DNA of 40,233 bases, taken from positions 11,924-52,156 of the forward strand of contig NW_025215286.1 of the NCBI RefSeq assembly GCF_004010195.1. The letters are read 5' to 3'. The notes beneath the pieces were generated by a model. That model was given only the letters and a program-made list of their open reading frames with translations, was not told where the DNA came from and did not search any database. This document shows positions 21,807-33,830 of this stretch, piece after piece. A program made the translations under genes and the position numbers. Each line of letters opens with the position of its first letter. Positions within the stretch are counted from its first letter, which is position 1. The stretch comes from Chiloscyllium plagiosum. Lineage: Eukaryota.

Positions 21807-23254
21807 TGTTGTGGTTCTGTTCGCCGAGCTGGAAGTTTTTGTTGCAAACGTTTCGTCCCCTGGCTAGGCGACATCATCAGTGCTTGGGAGCCTCCTGCGA
21901 AGCGCTTCTTTGATGTTTCCTCCGGTGTTTATAGTGGTCTGTCCCTGCCGCTTCTGGTTGTCACTACAGCTGTACGCTGTAGTGGTTGGTATATTGGGTC
22001 CAGGTCGATGTGTTTGTTGATGGAGTTTGTGGGTGAATGCCATGCCTCTAGGAATTCCCTGGCTGTTCTCTGTCTGTCTTGCCCTATGATAGTAGTGTTG
22101 TCCCAGTCGAATTCATGTTGCTTGTTTTCTGAGTGTGTGGCTACTAAGGATAGCTGGTCGCGTCGTTTCTTGGCTAGTTGATGTTAATGTACGCGGATTG
22201 TTAGCTGTCTTCCTGTTTGTCCTATATAGTGTTTTGTGCAGTCCTTGCATGGNNNNNNNNNNNNNNNNNNNNNNNNNNNNNNNNNNNNNNNNNNNNNNNN
22301 NNNNNNNNNNNNNNNNNNNNNNNNNNNNNNNNNNNNNNNNNNNNNNNNNNNNNNNNNNNNNNNNNNNNNNNNNNNNNNNNNNNNNGATGCTGCTGATGTA
22401 TGGTAGTGTGGCTAGTCCTTTTGGTTGTGGTATGTCCTCGTTCCGTGGTCTTTCTCTTAGGCATCTGTTGATGAAGTTGCGCGGGTATCTGTTTTCGGCG
22501 AATACCTTGTGTAGGTGTTCCTCTTCTTCTTTTTGCAGTTCTGGTGTACTGCAGTGTGTTGTGGCCCTTTTGAATAGTGTCCTGATGCAGCTTCGTTTGT
22601 GTGTGTTGGGGTGGTTACTTTCATAGTTTAGGACTTGGTCTGTGTGTGTGTGGCTTTCCTGTATACCCTTTTAGTGAATTCTCCGTCTGGTGTTCTCTGT
22701 ACCATCACGTCTAGGAATGGGAGTTGGTTGTCCTTTTCTTCTCCTCTCGTGAATCGGATTCCTGTGAGTGTGGTGTTGATGATCCGGTGTGTTTTTTCTA
22801 TTTCCGTGTTTTTAATGATTACAAATGTGTCATCGACATATCTGACCAAGAGTTTGGGTTGAATTTGTGGTCGGACTGTTTGTTCTAACCTTTGCATAAC
22901 TGCCTCTGCTATGAGTCCCGAGATTGGTGATCCCATGGCAAGCCAGACAGAGAACAGCCAGGGAATTCCTAGAGGCATGGCATTCAGCCACAAACTCCAT
23001 CAACAAACACATCGACCTGGACCCAATATACCAACCACTACAGAGTACAGCTGAAACTGACAACCGGAAGCGGCAGGGACACACCACTATAAACACCGGA
23101 GGAAACATCAAAGAAGCGCTTCGCAGGAGGCTCCCAAGCACTGATGATGTCGCCTAGCCAGGGGATGAAATGTTTGCAACAAAAACTTCCAGCTCGGCGA
23201 ACAGAACCACAACAACGAGCACCCGAGCTACAAATCTTCGCACAAACTTTGAAC
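21807..23254 (-). mobile_element. 5'-truncated Penelope-like retroelement (Poseidon-like) with ~280-bp inverted terminal repeats
   Basis: Minus-strand RT: GSPISGLIAEAVMQRLE..RYVDDTFVI..FTRGEEKDNQLPFLDV..VYRKATHT. 21807-22085 is the reverse complement of ~22937-23214. ATTTAATTA(T) TSD at 21798-21806 and 23255-23263. Contains an assembly gap. Confidence 0.95.
21845..21883 (-). ncRNA. Minimal type I hammerhead ribozyme motif in the PLE terminal repeat
   Basis: GCA-CTGATGA-T-GTCGCCT-AGCC-AGGGGAC-GAAA-CG-TT-TGC: both core boxes, stem II, a palindromic AACGTT stem III and a short stem I. The inverted copy at 23138-23177 has two CpG-type substitutions. Confidence 0.65.
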
Positions 23255-24044
23255 ATTTAATTATTTTACTTTTGCCTTGAGTTTAACTATTGCTTGGACA
23301 AAGCTCTTTCAAGCTGATATTTTGCAGCTTTTTTTCCTGCTTGTAGTTAGACATGTGTACGTGTGTGTCTGTGTGCACTTGCGTGTGTGAGACACTGTGT
23401 ATGTCTTAGTGCGTGTGTCTGTGTGTATGCACGGACTGCATCTCAGTATGCATTCAAAGATGAATATTAATGTACATATTTGACCAAACTATTTGCACTT
23501 TATTTTTCCATCTTAGCTTTGAGTAACTTTGCTTTAGTGAATTATTTTAGCAAATGTAAGATATCGAGCTGACTTGTCCCCAGCAAAGCACCTGACCTAG
23601 TCTGTAACCTATATCATTGGTCATATCATCAACCTGGTTAAATTTAAAATTTTTCATGATCAATGGCGGAACTAGAAAATGAAACAGTGGTCCGTCCAAC
23701 CCCAGTCTGAACACGGATGAGGGGAATTTCACAAAGGGTTGTTTGAGTGGGAATGCTCTTCCCCAAAAGTTTGTGGTGACTGTGTGTTTGCATTTAGTCA
23801 AAGCATTTAGAGATTGGACAGTAAATGACAGTGAACTACAGATATGGAAGTGGGGCTGAGAACACATCCAGATCAGCCACCACCTTACTGAATAGTTGAG
23901 AAGGCTTAATGTGTCTAATGACACACTCCTACTCCTCAGTCCAACGTCCCTATGTTCCATTCAGTTCCTCAAAACTGCAAGACAGGAGCATTTGGGGTTT
24001 ATTTACTCCGATAACCTGGTGCACAGAAACAGAGGAGACCATTC

Positions 24045-24152
24045 AGTGACTGAAGACTCGAGAGTGTAGCGCTGTGAAAGCACAACAGATCAGGCAGCAT
24101 CCGAGGAGTAGGAGAATCGCCGTTTCTGAGCATAAGCGTCTGCCCGAAACGT
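24045..24152 (-). mobile_element. Short PLE-terminus fragment (same family as 19138-19326)
   Basis: aaagcacaacagatcaggcagcatccgaggagtaggagaatcgccgtttc followed by an inverted gcccgaaacgt stub. Confidence 0.7.
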
Positions 24153-25077
24153 GGTTTCAACAGAATACACGGACGCCATTCAATCAATTGAAACTATTGG
24201 ATAAGAATAGGATAACCCATTCAGAACCTCCTGCCTATTACGTAAGGAGGGAAGGAGTGTAGTCAGCACATCGATTTGTTAAACAGGAGCGGAGTCGCCA
24301 AGTCAGGTCCTTGAGCTGCTTCCAGATGACCAGGAGGTGGCCATTCAGCCGATCGAACCACTTGTGCAGAAATAGGAAGATGTCTTTTATGCCCCAACAT
24401 GACAAAGAGTGAAGCAGAGTCTACACAGATAGACTGCTCTATGTTGTTCCTCCTGGTTCCTTTGCTCATGGTACACATGTGTCATTTTAATTTGGTTTGC
24501 TGAACGTGAGGGGGGAAAGTGAATGGTTTGTGCCAAGTTTCAAGGAAATGCCTTCTATCTCCGAGAAGACATTTTTGCACTCCTATAGAGGTCAGAAGCT
24601 GGTGGGAATGGTGAACTATTTCAGGAGTACGGCATTAAAGCTGTTGATAGATTTATGAACAGTGCAGAGACACACACCAACTGCACATTGAGACGGTGAG
24701 AATTCATTCAGAGCCTGGAGCTCCCTCTCAACCAACATGGGATCTCCACATTGGTACGTGACCTACTGGGAATTACATATCATGGGGAAAATGCAATTTC
24801 TCACAAAATCACCATCTTTTTTCTGGACACAATAAATGTTAGTCCATATCCTCAAGTTTGAATGTAATCGCTTGTGATTCTCTCGCTGTGCTACGTATTT
24901 CGCTGGATTATACTCTTATATCTTTTATCAGTTAATTATCGTTTACACAATGTAATTCAATAATGTGTTTGCAAAGGTGCAAGCATCTTATTGCACAGTT
25001 TTTATGCCTTTACTTTTTTAGATTTGTTGTAGCCTTAGCCAAAAAGTAAACGTTTTGTTTATTGAACAGTTTTGGGC

Positions 25078-25292
25078 AACTGTCTGTGTGGCGTTTGCAC
25101 ATTGTCCCCGTGTCTGCGTGGGTTTCCTCCGGTGGCTACGGTTTCCTCCCACAGTCCAAAGATATGCAGGTTAGGTGAATTGGCCATACTAAACTGCCCA
25201 TAGTGTCAGGGATAAATAAGGGTAGGGGAATGGGTCTGGGTGGGTTACTCTTCGGAGGTTTGATGTCGGGCCGAAGGGCCTGTTTCCATACT
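25078..25292 (+). mobile_element. 5'-truncated HE1-like V-SINE
   Basis: ctgtctgtgtggcgtttgcacattgtccccgtgtctgcgtgggtttcctccgg..cagtccaaagatatgcaggttagg..gggccgaagggcctgtttcc. Confidence 0.9.
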
Positions 25293-25569
25293 GTCATCCA
25301 AAAAAAAGTGACCTGCTTATCGGGATTCAAGGGTTAGACACAGTATGCATTTTTAATGGGCTAAGAAACAGAAAGGAATAGAACACAGTGACTGTGGAGA
25401 CTGACGAGGAGTAACGTGACATCCCCCCTGTCCCCAATGTCTTCTTGACAGACAGAATAACATCAAATGTGGAGAAAGAAACAGAATATATTCGGAAGAA
25501 GGAATTGCAAGTGACAATGTAAATAAAACAGGATAATTTGAAATGGAATGGCCGAACAACGATTGATCA

Positions 25570-25845
25570 GTGTGTGTGTATGTGTGTGTGTGTGGCAGTG
25601 CATGTGTGTGTGAGAGAGAGAGCCTCTGTGTGTGTGTGTGTGAATCTGTGTGTGCCTGTGTGTGCGAGTGAGTGTGTCTGTCTGTCTGTGTGTGTCTGTA
25701 TGAGTGCGTGTGTGTCTGTGTGTGAGAGTGAGTGTGTCTGTGTGCGTGTGAGTGCGTGTGTGTGTCTCTGTGTGAGTGAGTGTGTGTGGGTGTCTGTGTG
25801 TGTATCTGTGTATGTGTCTGTGTGTGTGTGTGCGCACGCGCGCAT
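25570..25845. repeat. Long imperfect (GT)n microsatellite
   Basis: Direct inspection. Confidence 0.95.
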
Positions 25846-26669
25846 GGGTGCAGATACATAAGACTGTTCAAACGTGTTCACCATATTCAGAATGAACAAG
25901 GGAGACATAGTTAACAAAAATGATGCATGCGATGTACAAAATTTATAAAACGTTAACATGTTATTTAGTCTTCAGCTGAGATGTTATGTTCCCCTTCTTT
26001 CAACGTACTCTCTGCCTCCTGCCTCTTCCTTCCATTCCTAGACCTAATCTCTAATTCTTATCAGGATGTAAGTTATAAATTCCTGCTTCGTGTTCCAATT
26101 TATTTCAGTTAATCAATTTTCTACCGGGAAACATATACATTGGCCTGCTGGGCTCTGTCAAAAACTTTGCCTGTCATATTGTTGGAGATAAAAGTTCTGG
26201 CATCAGACCGACATTTCAACATATTATTCTGTTGCACATACACTGTACAAAGGATCACAACACATAGGAATTATCAAACAAAACACAGAAGTAATCTATC
26301 AGTCATGTAGACTTCTCTATTTGTATATCTCCATGTCGAAATTCTGTCTCTCTCTGTGTCTCGATTTCTCTTTTAATCTAATTGATACATCGTCCAATCG
26401 TTCTTTCTGTCTCATGCCTCAGACTTTCCTCCTTCTATTTACAGCTATTGCTCACTTTTGGATGTGATGTCTTATAATTGAGTAATGTAACTACAAGACA
26501 TGAGGGAGCAGTTGGCCAGAGTTAGTTGGAAGGGAAGCTGAGCACGGGAAGATGGTGAAGCAGCAAAGACAGGAATTTCTGGAGATAATTCAGCAGCACA
26601 TCAGAAACTCATCCCAAGCAAGAAGAACAATATTCAGCAGAAGACAAGTCAGCCGTGAGTGATAACGAA

Positions 26670-27290
26670 CTCAGGGAAAGCATAAAAACAAAATAAAATA
26701 CACACAATGTGGTGAAGGTTATTGGGAATCCAAAGGATTACGAAGTCTACAAATTCGAGCATGGATAACTAATAACAGCAAATGGGAGGAGAGGGTGAAA
26801 TATAATATTACGCTTCTTAATCATGTAAAAGAATGATGAAAGCGATTTTTAGATATATAACAAGGAAGACAGGGAGTATAAAACAAACAAAGGGCTGTTG
26901 GAAAATGAGGCTTGAGTAGTTATGGAATGGCAGAGGAATTGAACAGATACTTTACGTCAGTCTTCACGGTGGAAGACACCAGCAAAATGCCAGAACTTCA
27001 AGACAGTCAGGGTATAGAGGTGAGTATACTGACCTCAGTAGTGAGGAGGTGCTGGGGAAGGTGAAGTTGAATCATTCAACGAGACCATTTGGACAACAGC
27101 TCGTAGTTCTAAAGAGATATCGAAGACGATTGTGGAGGCATTGCTGGTGATCTTTCAGTAAACGTTGGAGTGAGGGAGGACTGGTAAATGTAACCTCCCC
27201 GTTTAAGGAGAGAGGGACACAGAAGACAGGGAATTATAGAAGGACTTATTGGATCTTTGGGTTATGAAAAGATGTGTGGAGTATAAGAAC
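26670..27290 (+). mobile_element. Old CR1 ORF2 linker fragment
   Basis: MAEELNRYFTSVFTVED (atggcagaggaattgaacagatactttacgtcagtcttcacggtggaagac) and GNYR (gggaattataga). Confidence 0.8.
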
Positions 27291-27569
27291 AAGGAGGTTG
27301 GGAAGTATATTGGAAACGGTGTGATTAAGCTACAGCATAACAAGAGTTACGTTTACAATGCCATTGTGAACAACAGAGTTGAAAGTACGGTTAAAATAAA
27401 GGAAATCAGTTCGAAGCAGACTGGAGCATTAGTGACAAAAAGAATGTTTCCTAGACCCTGCAGTGAGAATGTTGAGATAAGCTTGTCAGTAAACAGACAA
27501 GGAATGTATAAAAAGCACAATAAAATCTGTTGCTGATAAGGTCTCAACGTGCAACTATGTAGCCAATAC

Positions 27570-28660
27570 ATATGAAGCTGAAAAAGCAAAGTGAGACAGC
27601 ATCCTAGGGACAGGAAAGTCAACGTTTCATGCTGAAAGACTTCATCAGGATTGGGGTGGGGGAAGGGGAGCCGGAAAGTAAATAGAGGAAGGGACGTGGG
27701 GCTGGTGGAAGGGTAGGTGGAATGGCGATAGGGGAATGCAGGCAGGTAATTATTGTGATTGGTCAGTGGGAAGGGTGCAACAGAGATACGAATGGGAAGA
27801 TGGACAGCTTTGGTCAGATCAGGGAAGGGGACATGGGGTAAGGCTGTGGGTAGAGAGACTTTGAAGCCAGTGAAGTAAATATTGAGACCATTGAGCTGTA
27901 AGGTCTCCAGCTGAACTATCAAGTTGTGTTCTCCAGTTTCTGTTTGGCTTCACTCTGACAGTGGAGGAGGCCAAAGATGGACCTGTTGCCGGATGAGCAA
28001 GGTTGAGCGGAGTGATTGAAATGGATGGCAACGGGAATGCTGAGTTTGTTAAAGCGTGCAAGGAGCAGATACTCCATGAATATGTCCCTGAGTCTCCCTT
28101 TGGTCTCCACAACATAGAGGAGATCACGTTGGGAGTTGGAGACGAGCTCGGTGGGCCAGGACCAGGCTCTGTGTGGAGCATTAGTGCTCTGCACGAAACA
28201 ACCAACTCGACTTTCCAGTTACCGTTCATTTTAATTTCCACTCCCACTCGCCCGGCGACATGACCACCCTTAGCCTGTCCACCGTCAGAGTAACACCACC
28301 TGAGAGTTTACCTTTGAAACTGACAGCCCAATGGCCTCAATATTGACTGAAGACGCTTCAAAATCCCTCCACCCACAGCCTTATCCCTTGTCCCTTTTCC
28401 CTGACCAAACCCACCTGTACCTGCTCCATCCTTCCCACTGACCAATCACAGCAACATCATACCTGCATCTACGTACCACCATCATACCCACCCGCCGCCC
28501 TTCAATATCCCATCACTCTATTTCTGGGTTCCCCTCCCCCTCACCAGTCCTGACGAAAGGTCCAAGATCAAAATATTGCCTTTGCTGCTCCACTGATTCT
28601 GTCTGGTCTGCTGTGTTTATCCATTTCGAAGTTTAGTAACTCTGGCCTCCCGCACCTCTA
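27570..28660. mobile_element. Decayed PLE with two oppositely oriented 3' halves (minus ~27570-28115, plus ~28190-28660)
   Basis: Minus frame LLYVVETKGRLRD..PVAIHFNHS resembles GIY-YIG. The plus half repeats FPVTVHFN and cagcccaatggcctcaatattga. Hammerhead-like motifs at both outer ends (27618-27652 minus; ~28548-28578 plus). Confidence 0.8.
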
Positions 28661-28769
28661 GTACTTCCTCTCTCCAAGCTGTGGAACTCGGTGGTCTACA
28701 TATAAGAAGAAATAAACTTGGACATTTGAAATGAACACGTACATATTCGTTATTTCTTAACAAGCCAAT

Positions 28770-29500
28770 ACACACCTTCCAGATGAAGCAGCGTTTCATT
28801 TGTAATCTTTCAATCCGGTCTTCTGTCATTGCTGCTCACAGTGCAGTCTCCTTTACATTGGGGAGACCAAGCAGAAACTGTTTTGAGAAACACTCCCACT
28901 CTGTCTCTGGGAATAAACCTGACCTTCTCATTACTTCCCATTTCAATAACGTACCTTGCTCTCATGCTAACATGTCAGTCCTGGGCTGCTGTAATGCTCC
29001 AATGAAACACAACTCGACCTCGAGTAACACCTCACTTTAGACCTTGGTACGTTCTATCCTGAAGGAGCTTTTATTCAATTCCATACTTCCACAGCCTGAC
29101 CGCATTATGGCTGTTCTCCTTTCTTCACACATTCTTTCTCCTGGTCTCCCAATGAACTTGCCCTATTTGTGAATCGTTTGTCTTGCACTCAATTAAGGAA
29201 CACATTTCCCCCCTTCACAATCTAATTAATACTCATTTTACATTTGTGATTCTCTTTTACCAGAAATAACAGTCATTTGTCAGTGGCATTGCTCCTCCAC
29301 AATGCTCCTCCTCGCCGTCAGTGGCATTGCTCCTCCTCGCCGTCACCCCTCCTCTACCTCGGTCAATGGATTTAAAAGCCCATTTTCCAATCCTCATCTG
29401 TTCTGAAAAGGAGTCACACTGGACTTGAAAGGCTAACTGTGTTTCTCTCTCTCCGCAGATGCTGCCAGGCCTGCTTAATTTCTTTCGCAATTTCTGTTTT
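28770..29500 (+). mobile_element. Decayed PLE GIY-YIG and 3' end, paralogous to 930-1610
   Basis: FQMKQRFICNL and tacattggggagaccaag; its 3' end matches 1490-1600. Confidence 0.85.
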
Positions 29501-30629
29501 TCACCACGTTTCAAAGACATGTGTCAACTTGGCTCGAACGCCTTGTTCACCCTTGAGCGCCATATGCCGGGAAGTGAAAGATAACACAAGATGCACAATT
29601 TCCGTGTCTCTGAAATGACGTAAAGCTGGCATCACTGAAACTACAGAGTTCTAACTGTTCGTCAGGGAGAGAAAGAGAGGGACACGCATTCACTCTCAAC
29701 ACAGAAGGTGGCACGTACTGGAAAGGAAAAGATTCAGATGATTATGTTAAAGGGTGTTGGGCAATGAGACAAATTGTAAGTGTGACACCATGGAGAGATT
29801 GTATTGGAAGTGTTGCAGCTCAAACTGCGTGTTCCATGTGATGCTGTGGACCACAACAGCAACAGAAGCAACATTATATTCAAACATAATCTGTAAATTT
29901 TTGCCTGGGATTATCCCTCAGTCTACCATTACCAATAAGCTTCAGCGACGAGAATGGTGAACATGCCAGGGCAGAACTATGTGTACCTAAAACTGATGGC
30001 AAACCATAGAGCTACCACATTTGACAGTTTACATTCCAAACAGCAGGACTACCATCTGAGAGGGAGGGCGGAATGATTGCAAGACCAACAGATCAGTTCG
30101 AAGCTCTACTCTCCTGCCAGATCCAACCATTAATGGATTAAACAACTCACTGCAGGAGAGGACCCAACACATGTCCCCCTCCTTAATAATGGAACAGCCC
30201 TGCACATCAGTGCAAAAGACAAGCATGTAGTTATCTGCGACATACTCAGCCAGAAGTATTGAATCAATGATCTACCTCACCTCGTCAGGATGCCAACAGA
30301 ATTCCAAATGGCAGTTTTCAAACGATCTGATCCGCTCTATGTGACATGAAGAAACATCTGAACAAAGTACATATGACAAACGCAATATACAACAAGCCGT
30401 GTCCCTGGGGAATCTGTTTCATTCCAGTTCCAACTCTGACATCCATATGGCAATGTGGAAAATAACTCAACTATGGCAAGTCCCTTAAGAGGAGAATAAT
30501 TACAGTATGACCAACATCACCCCCTCAATTCCATAATTGAATTATGGAAATTGTTGGCAGTTCTTTTTGACAGAGTTGTCTAGCAGCACAGAAATAAACT
30601 GCTCAGTGTGGTTTGCGATAGGTTACTAT

Positions 30630-31085
30630 ATGGAGATGGAAATGTTACTGGATTTCTAATCCAGACCAGGCTAATGCTCTGGCAGCTGGTGGAAGTTAAT
30701 AACAATTAATAATAATCGAGATCTAAAATCTTGAGTCAGTAATAATGACCTTGAAGCCAATGTCAATTTTAAACACCAATTTGTTTCCCCATTGTACTTT
30801 CAGGAAGCGAATCTCCCGTGTTTTCCTGGTCTGGCCTAAAAGTGACTCCAGACACACAGATATGTGATATACTCTTCAATGGTCTCTGAAATGGCCAAGC
30901 AAAACACTCAATTGCGTCAAACTGCTCCGAAGTTTTAAAGGATAAAGCTGGTCAGAATACCCGGCATCAGCCTCTGCATCAGAAAAGGGAAACACAGGCC
31001 TGTTAACCCTGCATAGACCTCCTTCCGAATATCTGAGAGCTTGTGACAACATTGTTAGTGCTTATCCACAGACTACATAGAAGCA
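30630..31085 (+). mobile_element. Deu/SacSINE1-like SINE
   Basis: cctggtctggcctaaaagtgactccagacacacagatatgtg..ctctgaaatggccaagc core. Confidence 0.7.
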
Positions 31086-32029
31086 TTGGGAAAGGAGTAG
31101 GTCATTCAACGCAGTGAGCCTCCCGCGTTCTTATCATGGCCCGAGAATCTCCTAAGTGTATTTCTCCCAGACCAGAGTGAGATATGTTGCAATTGATTCC
31201 ATCAACCAAATGTTTGAGGTGTTTGTGAATAGCTGAAAACCAAGGACATAATCCTGAGATACTCCACGAACCTTCATCTCCAATAAAAGAATCCTTTTAT
31301 TCCTGTTTTTCCGGTCCAGGGGTTCCTTTGCTGACCTGCTTTCTATTTCTTATTTTCTCCTCCTCCATTCTTTTTGTAATTTACTGACCTCAAGCTGGAC
31401 CCAGGGTTTGGAACTCAAGCTAAGCCCAATGCGGAGGAGAGTGAATCCTTACTTACTTTTCTGGAGCAAGCAATGACTTGGAATTGGCAGCTGCAACAAC
31501 AGCAGAGTCAACGTGAGTGAGATAGGGCCCAGCAGCAAAAGGTGATGCCTGAAGATTGGAGACTTGTTGTTGGTTGGGTCCTGCACTGGTTGTGGTGAAG
31601 CGGATAGTGGAAGGCCATGATGGTAACATCAATGAAGTGGGCCCAGCAGAAAGAGACATGGCTCTGACATTGGAATGGCCTGGCAGAGGAGACAATGAGC
31701 TGGTGATGGAGGAGTATCTGTCCAGTGGCAAAGATGGTGCCTGAGGATCAGCAACTTCGATGTTGCTGGGGTCTGGTGTAGATTGCGTTGACGCTGTCAT
31801 GAAAGGTTGGGTTGCAGGGGTGGTCGATGATGAGGAGCTGTCTCACAACCCATAAATTCTCTTCAGGCTGTATCCTATGTTTATTCCATTGTCTTCAATT
31901 TTCCAAAATTGCACCACTTTGTGGCAACAAGTGAAAACATTTCACTGTATTTTATTGTATTTATCCTGGAAAATAAACCTGGTCATAAAATCAAAATCAA
32001 AAACTTTTACTCACTTTTTCCTGCCAGCT

Positions 32030-33830
32030 GTCCCATTCTGTAACCATGTCCAAATATTTGCCACAATCCCATAAGATATGATTTTGAACACTGGGTTTGG
32101 GACTTCAGTAAAAATCTTTCTGGAAATCCCCTTCGTAATCTTATCCTTGTGAATCACTCTCCCTCGGCCTTCTCTGCTCCAACGTAAACAACCCGAGCTT
32201 ATCCAGCCTCTCTCCACAGCTGATATGCTCCATCCCAGGGAGCATCGCGGTGAATATCCTCTGCACCCCTCCACTACAATCACATCCTTCCTGCAATATG
32301 GCTCCCAGAACTACGTACAGTGTTCCAACATGGCCTAACCACAGACTTGTATAGCTCTGACAATCTATACGTCGGTGAATGAAGGTTCTGCCTATGGTTC
32401 CCTTGGTAACTAACGTATTAACCTCAGTCAAAAAGTATATTGCTGGAAAAGCACAGCAGATCATCCAGCTTCTGAGAAGCAGGAAAGTCGATTTTTTGAG
32501 AATATGCTTTTCATCAGGAATGTGGCCACCAATCCTGATAAAAAGTTTATGCTCGAAACGTCGACTGTCCTGCTCCTTGCATGCTGCCTGACCGACTGTG
32601 CTTTAGCAGAACTCCACTTCTTGATTCTGATCTCAAACATCTGCAGTCATCATTTTTTCCCTGACCTGTCACATTCAGGGATCTGTGGAGGAAGACCTTC
32701 TCAGCTTCTTCATGTGCTGCAATTCATTGTATACCCCCATTTCTTCACCACATGTTTATCAGGGCTATATTCCATCTGAATATCTGAGCATTCCATCTGT
32801 ATCTTCCTGTAACATAAGGCCTTCCTCCTGACTGCCACCCGGCCAAACTTTGTGTCAAAAGCAAACTTTATTAGCACACCCCCCTCCTCCCCCCCGCTAA
32901 TACATTCACATCTAGATCATTTATGAATACCACAAATAATAAGATACACTGCACTGATCCCTGTGGTACATCAGAGGGGACACTGGGTTCCAGTCACACA
33001 AACAGCCTTCCTCCACCACCCCCAGTCTCCTGCGAGTAAGAAAATGTTTGATGTAACTCACTAAGTTACCTTTAATATCATGACTTTTTAAATCAGTTTC
33101 ACATATGGGGCTCTGTCAAAGGTCTTGCTGAAAAACCATAAGAACAACATGCTCGAAAACAGACAATAACATTCACTTGGTATAACTGCCCTCCTATGAT
33201 GTCATGCTGACTCTCCCTGATCAAACCTTGCCTCTGCAAATAGAGACAAATTTTCTCCTTTCTTATTTTCTCCAGTACTTGCCCTAACACGGATCTAAAA
33301 CTGACTGGTTAACAGTCAGTCTATTTACACCATCCTTCCTATAAAGTGGGACCATATTCGTTGTTCTCCATTCATCTGGCAGCTCCAGCTTCCCTGTGGC
33401 CAGATTCGACTTAAAAATTTGTGTCAGCTTCTTTTCTCCTTTGTCTCTAACAGCAGCCTGTAATGCAACTTATCCAGACCTGGCAATCAGTCCAATTTTA
33501 TACCAGCCAAAGCCTCCAATCCCTGCTCCCATCTTATATCAGTCTGTTCAAGAGCTTCCCAATCCATCTTCTTGAATTCTGTCCCTGCATCCTCCTTCTC
33601 CAAGTAAAACAGATATGGAGCTCTCATGTAACAATCGATCAATGTTCTCCAGCTTCGCACACAGAGTGCTCCCTTGGTCTCTAATGGGCCCTAGTTGTGT
33701 CCTGGTTATTTTGTTCTGATTGATATGCATGGACAACATCTTGGGATTCTCCCTAACCTTGCTTGGCAACACTTCTCCATGCCCCTGTGAGAGTCCCTCT
33801 CTCTGTGTGAACTTTCTAAGCTTCACTGCG
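32030..33830 (-). mobile_element. Decayed CR1 LINE interrupted by a PLE hairpin
   Basis: Motifs GVQRIFTAMLPGM..ERLDKLGLFTLEQRR, GLIRESQH and KVRENPK..GPIRDQG. Confidence 0.85.
32424..32658. mobile_element. ~235-bp palindromic mini-Penelope (two inverted termini around a short spacer)
   Basis: The left arm ends tcatcaggaat (~32521) and the right arm starts aatcctgata (32531). Each arm carries a mutated hammerhead motif. The right side has the extra tail tctcaaacatctgcagtcatcatttttt. Confidence 0.85.

Noticed and set aside
25353..25959. His/Thr- and Cys/Val-rich ORFs (also 6259-6554, 21251-21722, 14587-15695)
   Set aside because: These are translations of (CA)n/(GT)n microsatellites.
29279..29345. 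Overlapping short direct repeats (gtcagtggcattgctcctcc; tgctcctcctcgccgtca)
   Set aside because: Local slippage inside a PLE 3' region, with no sign of function.
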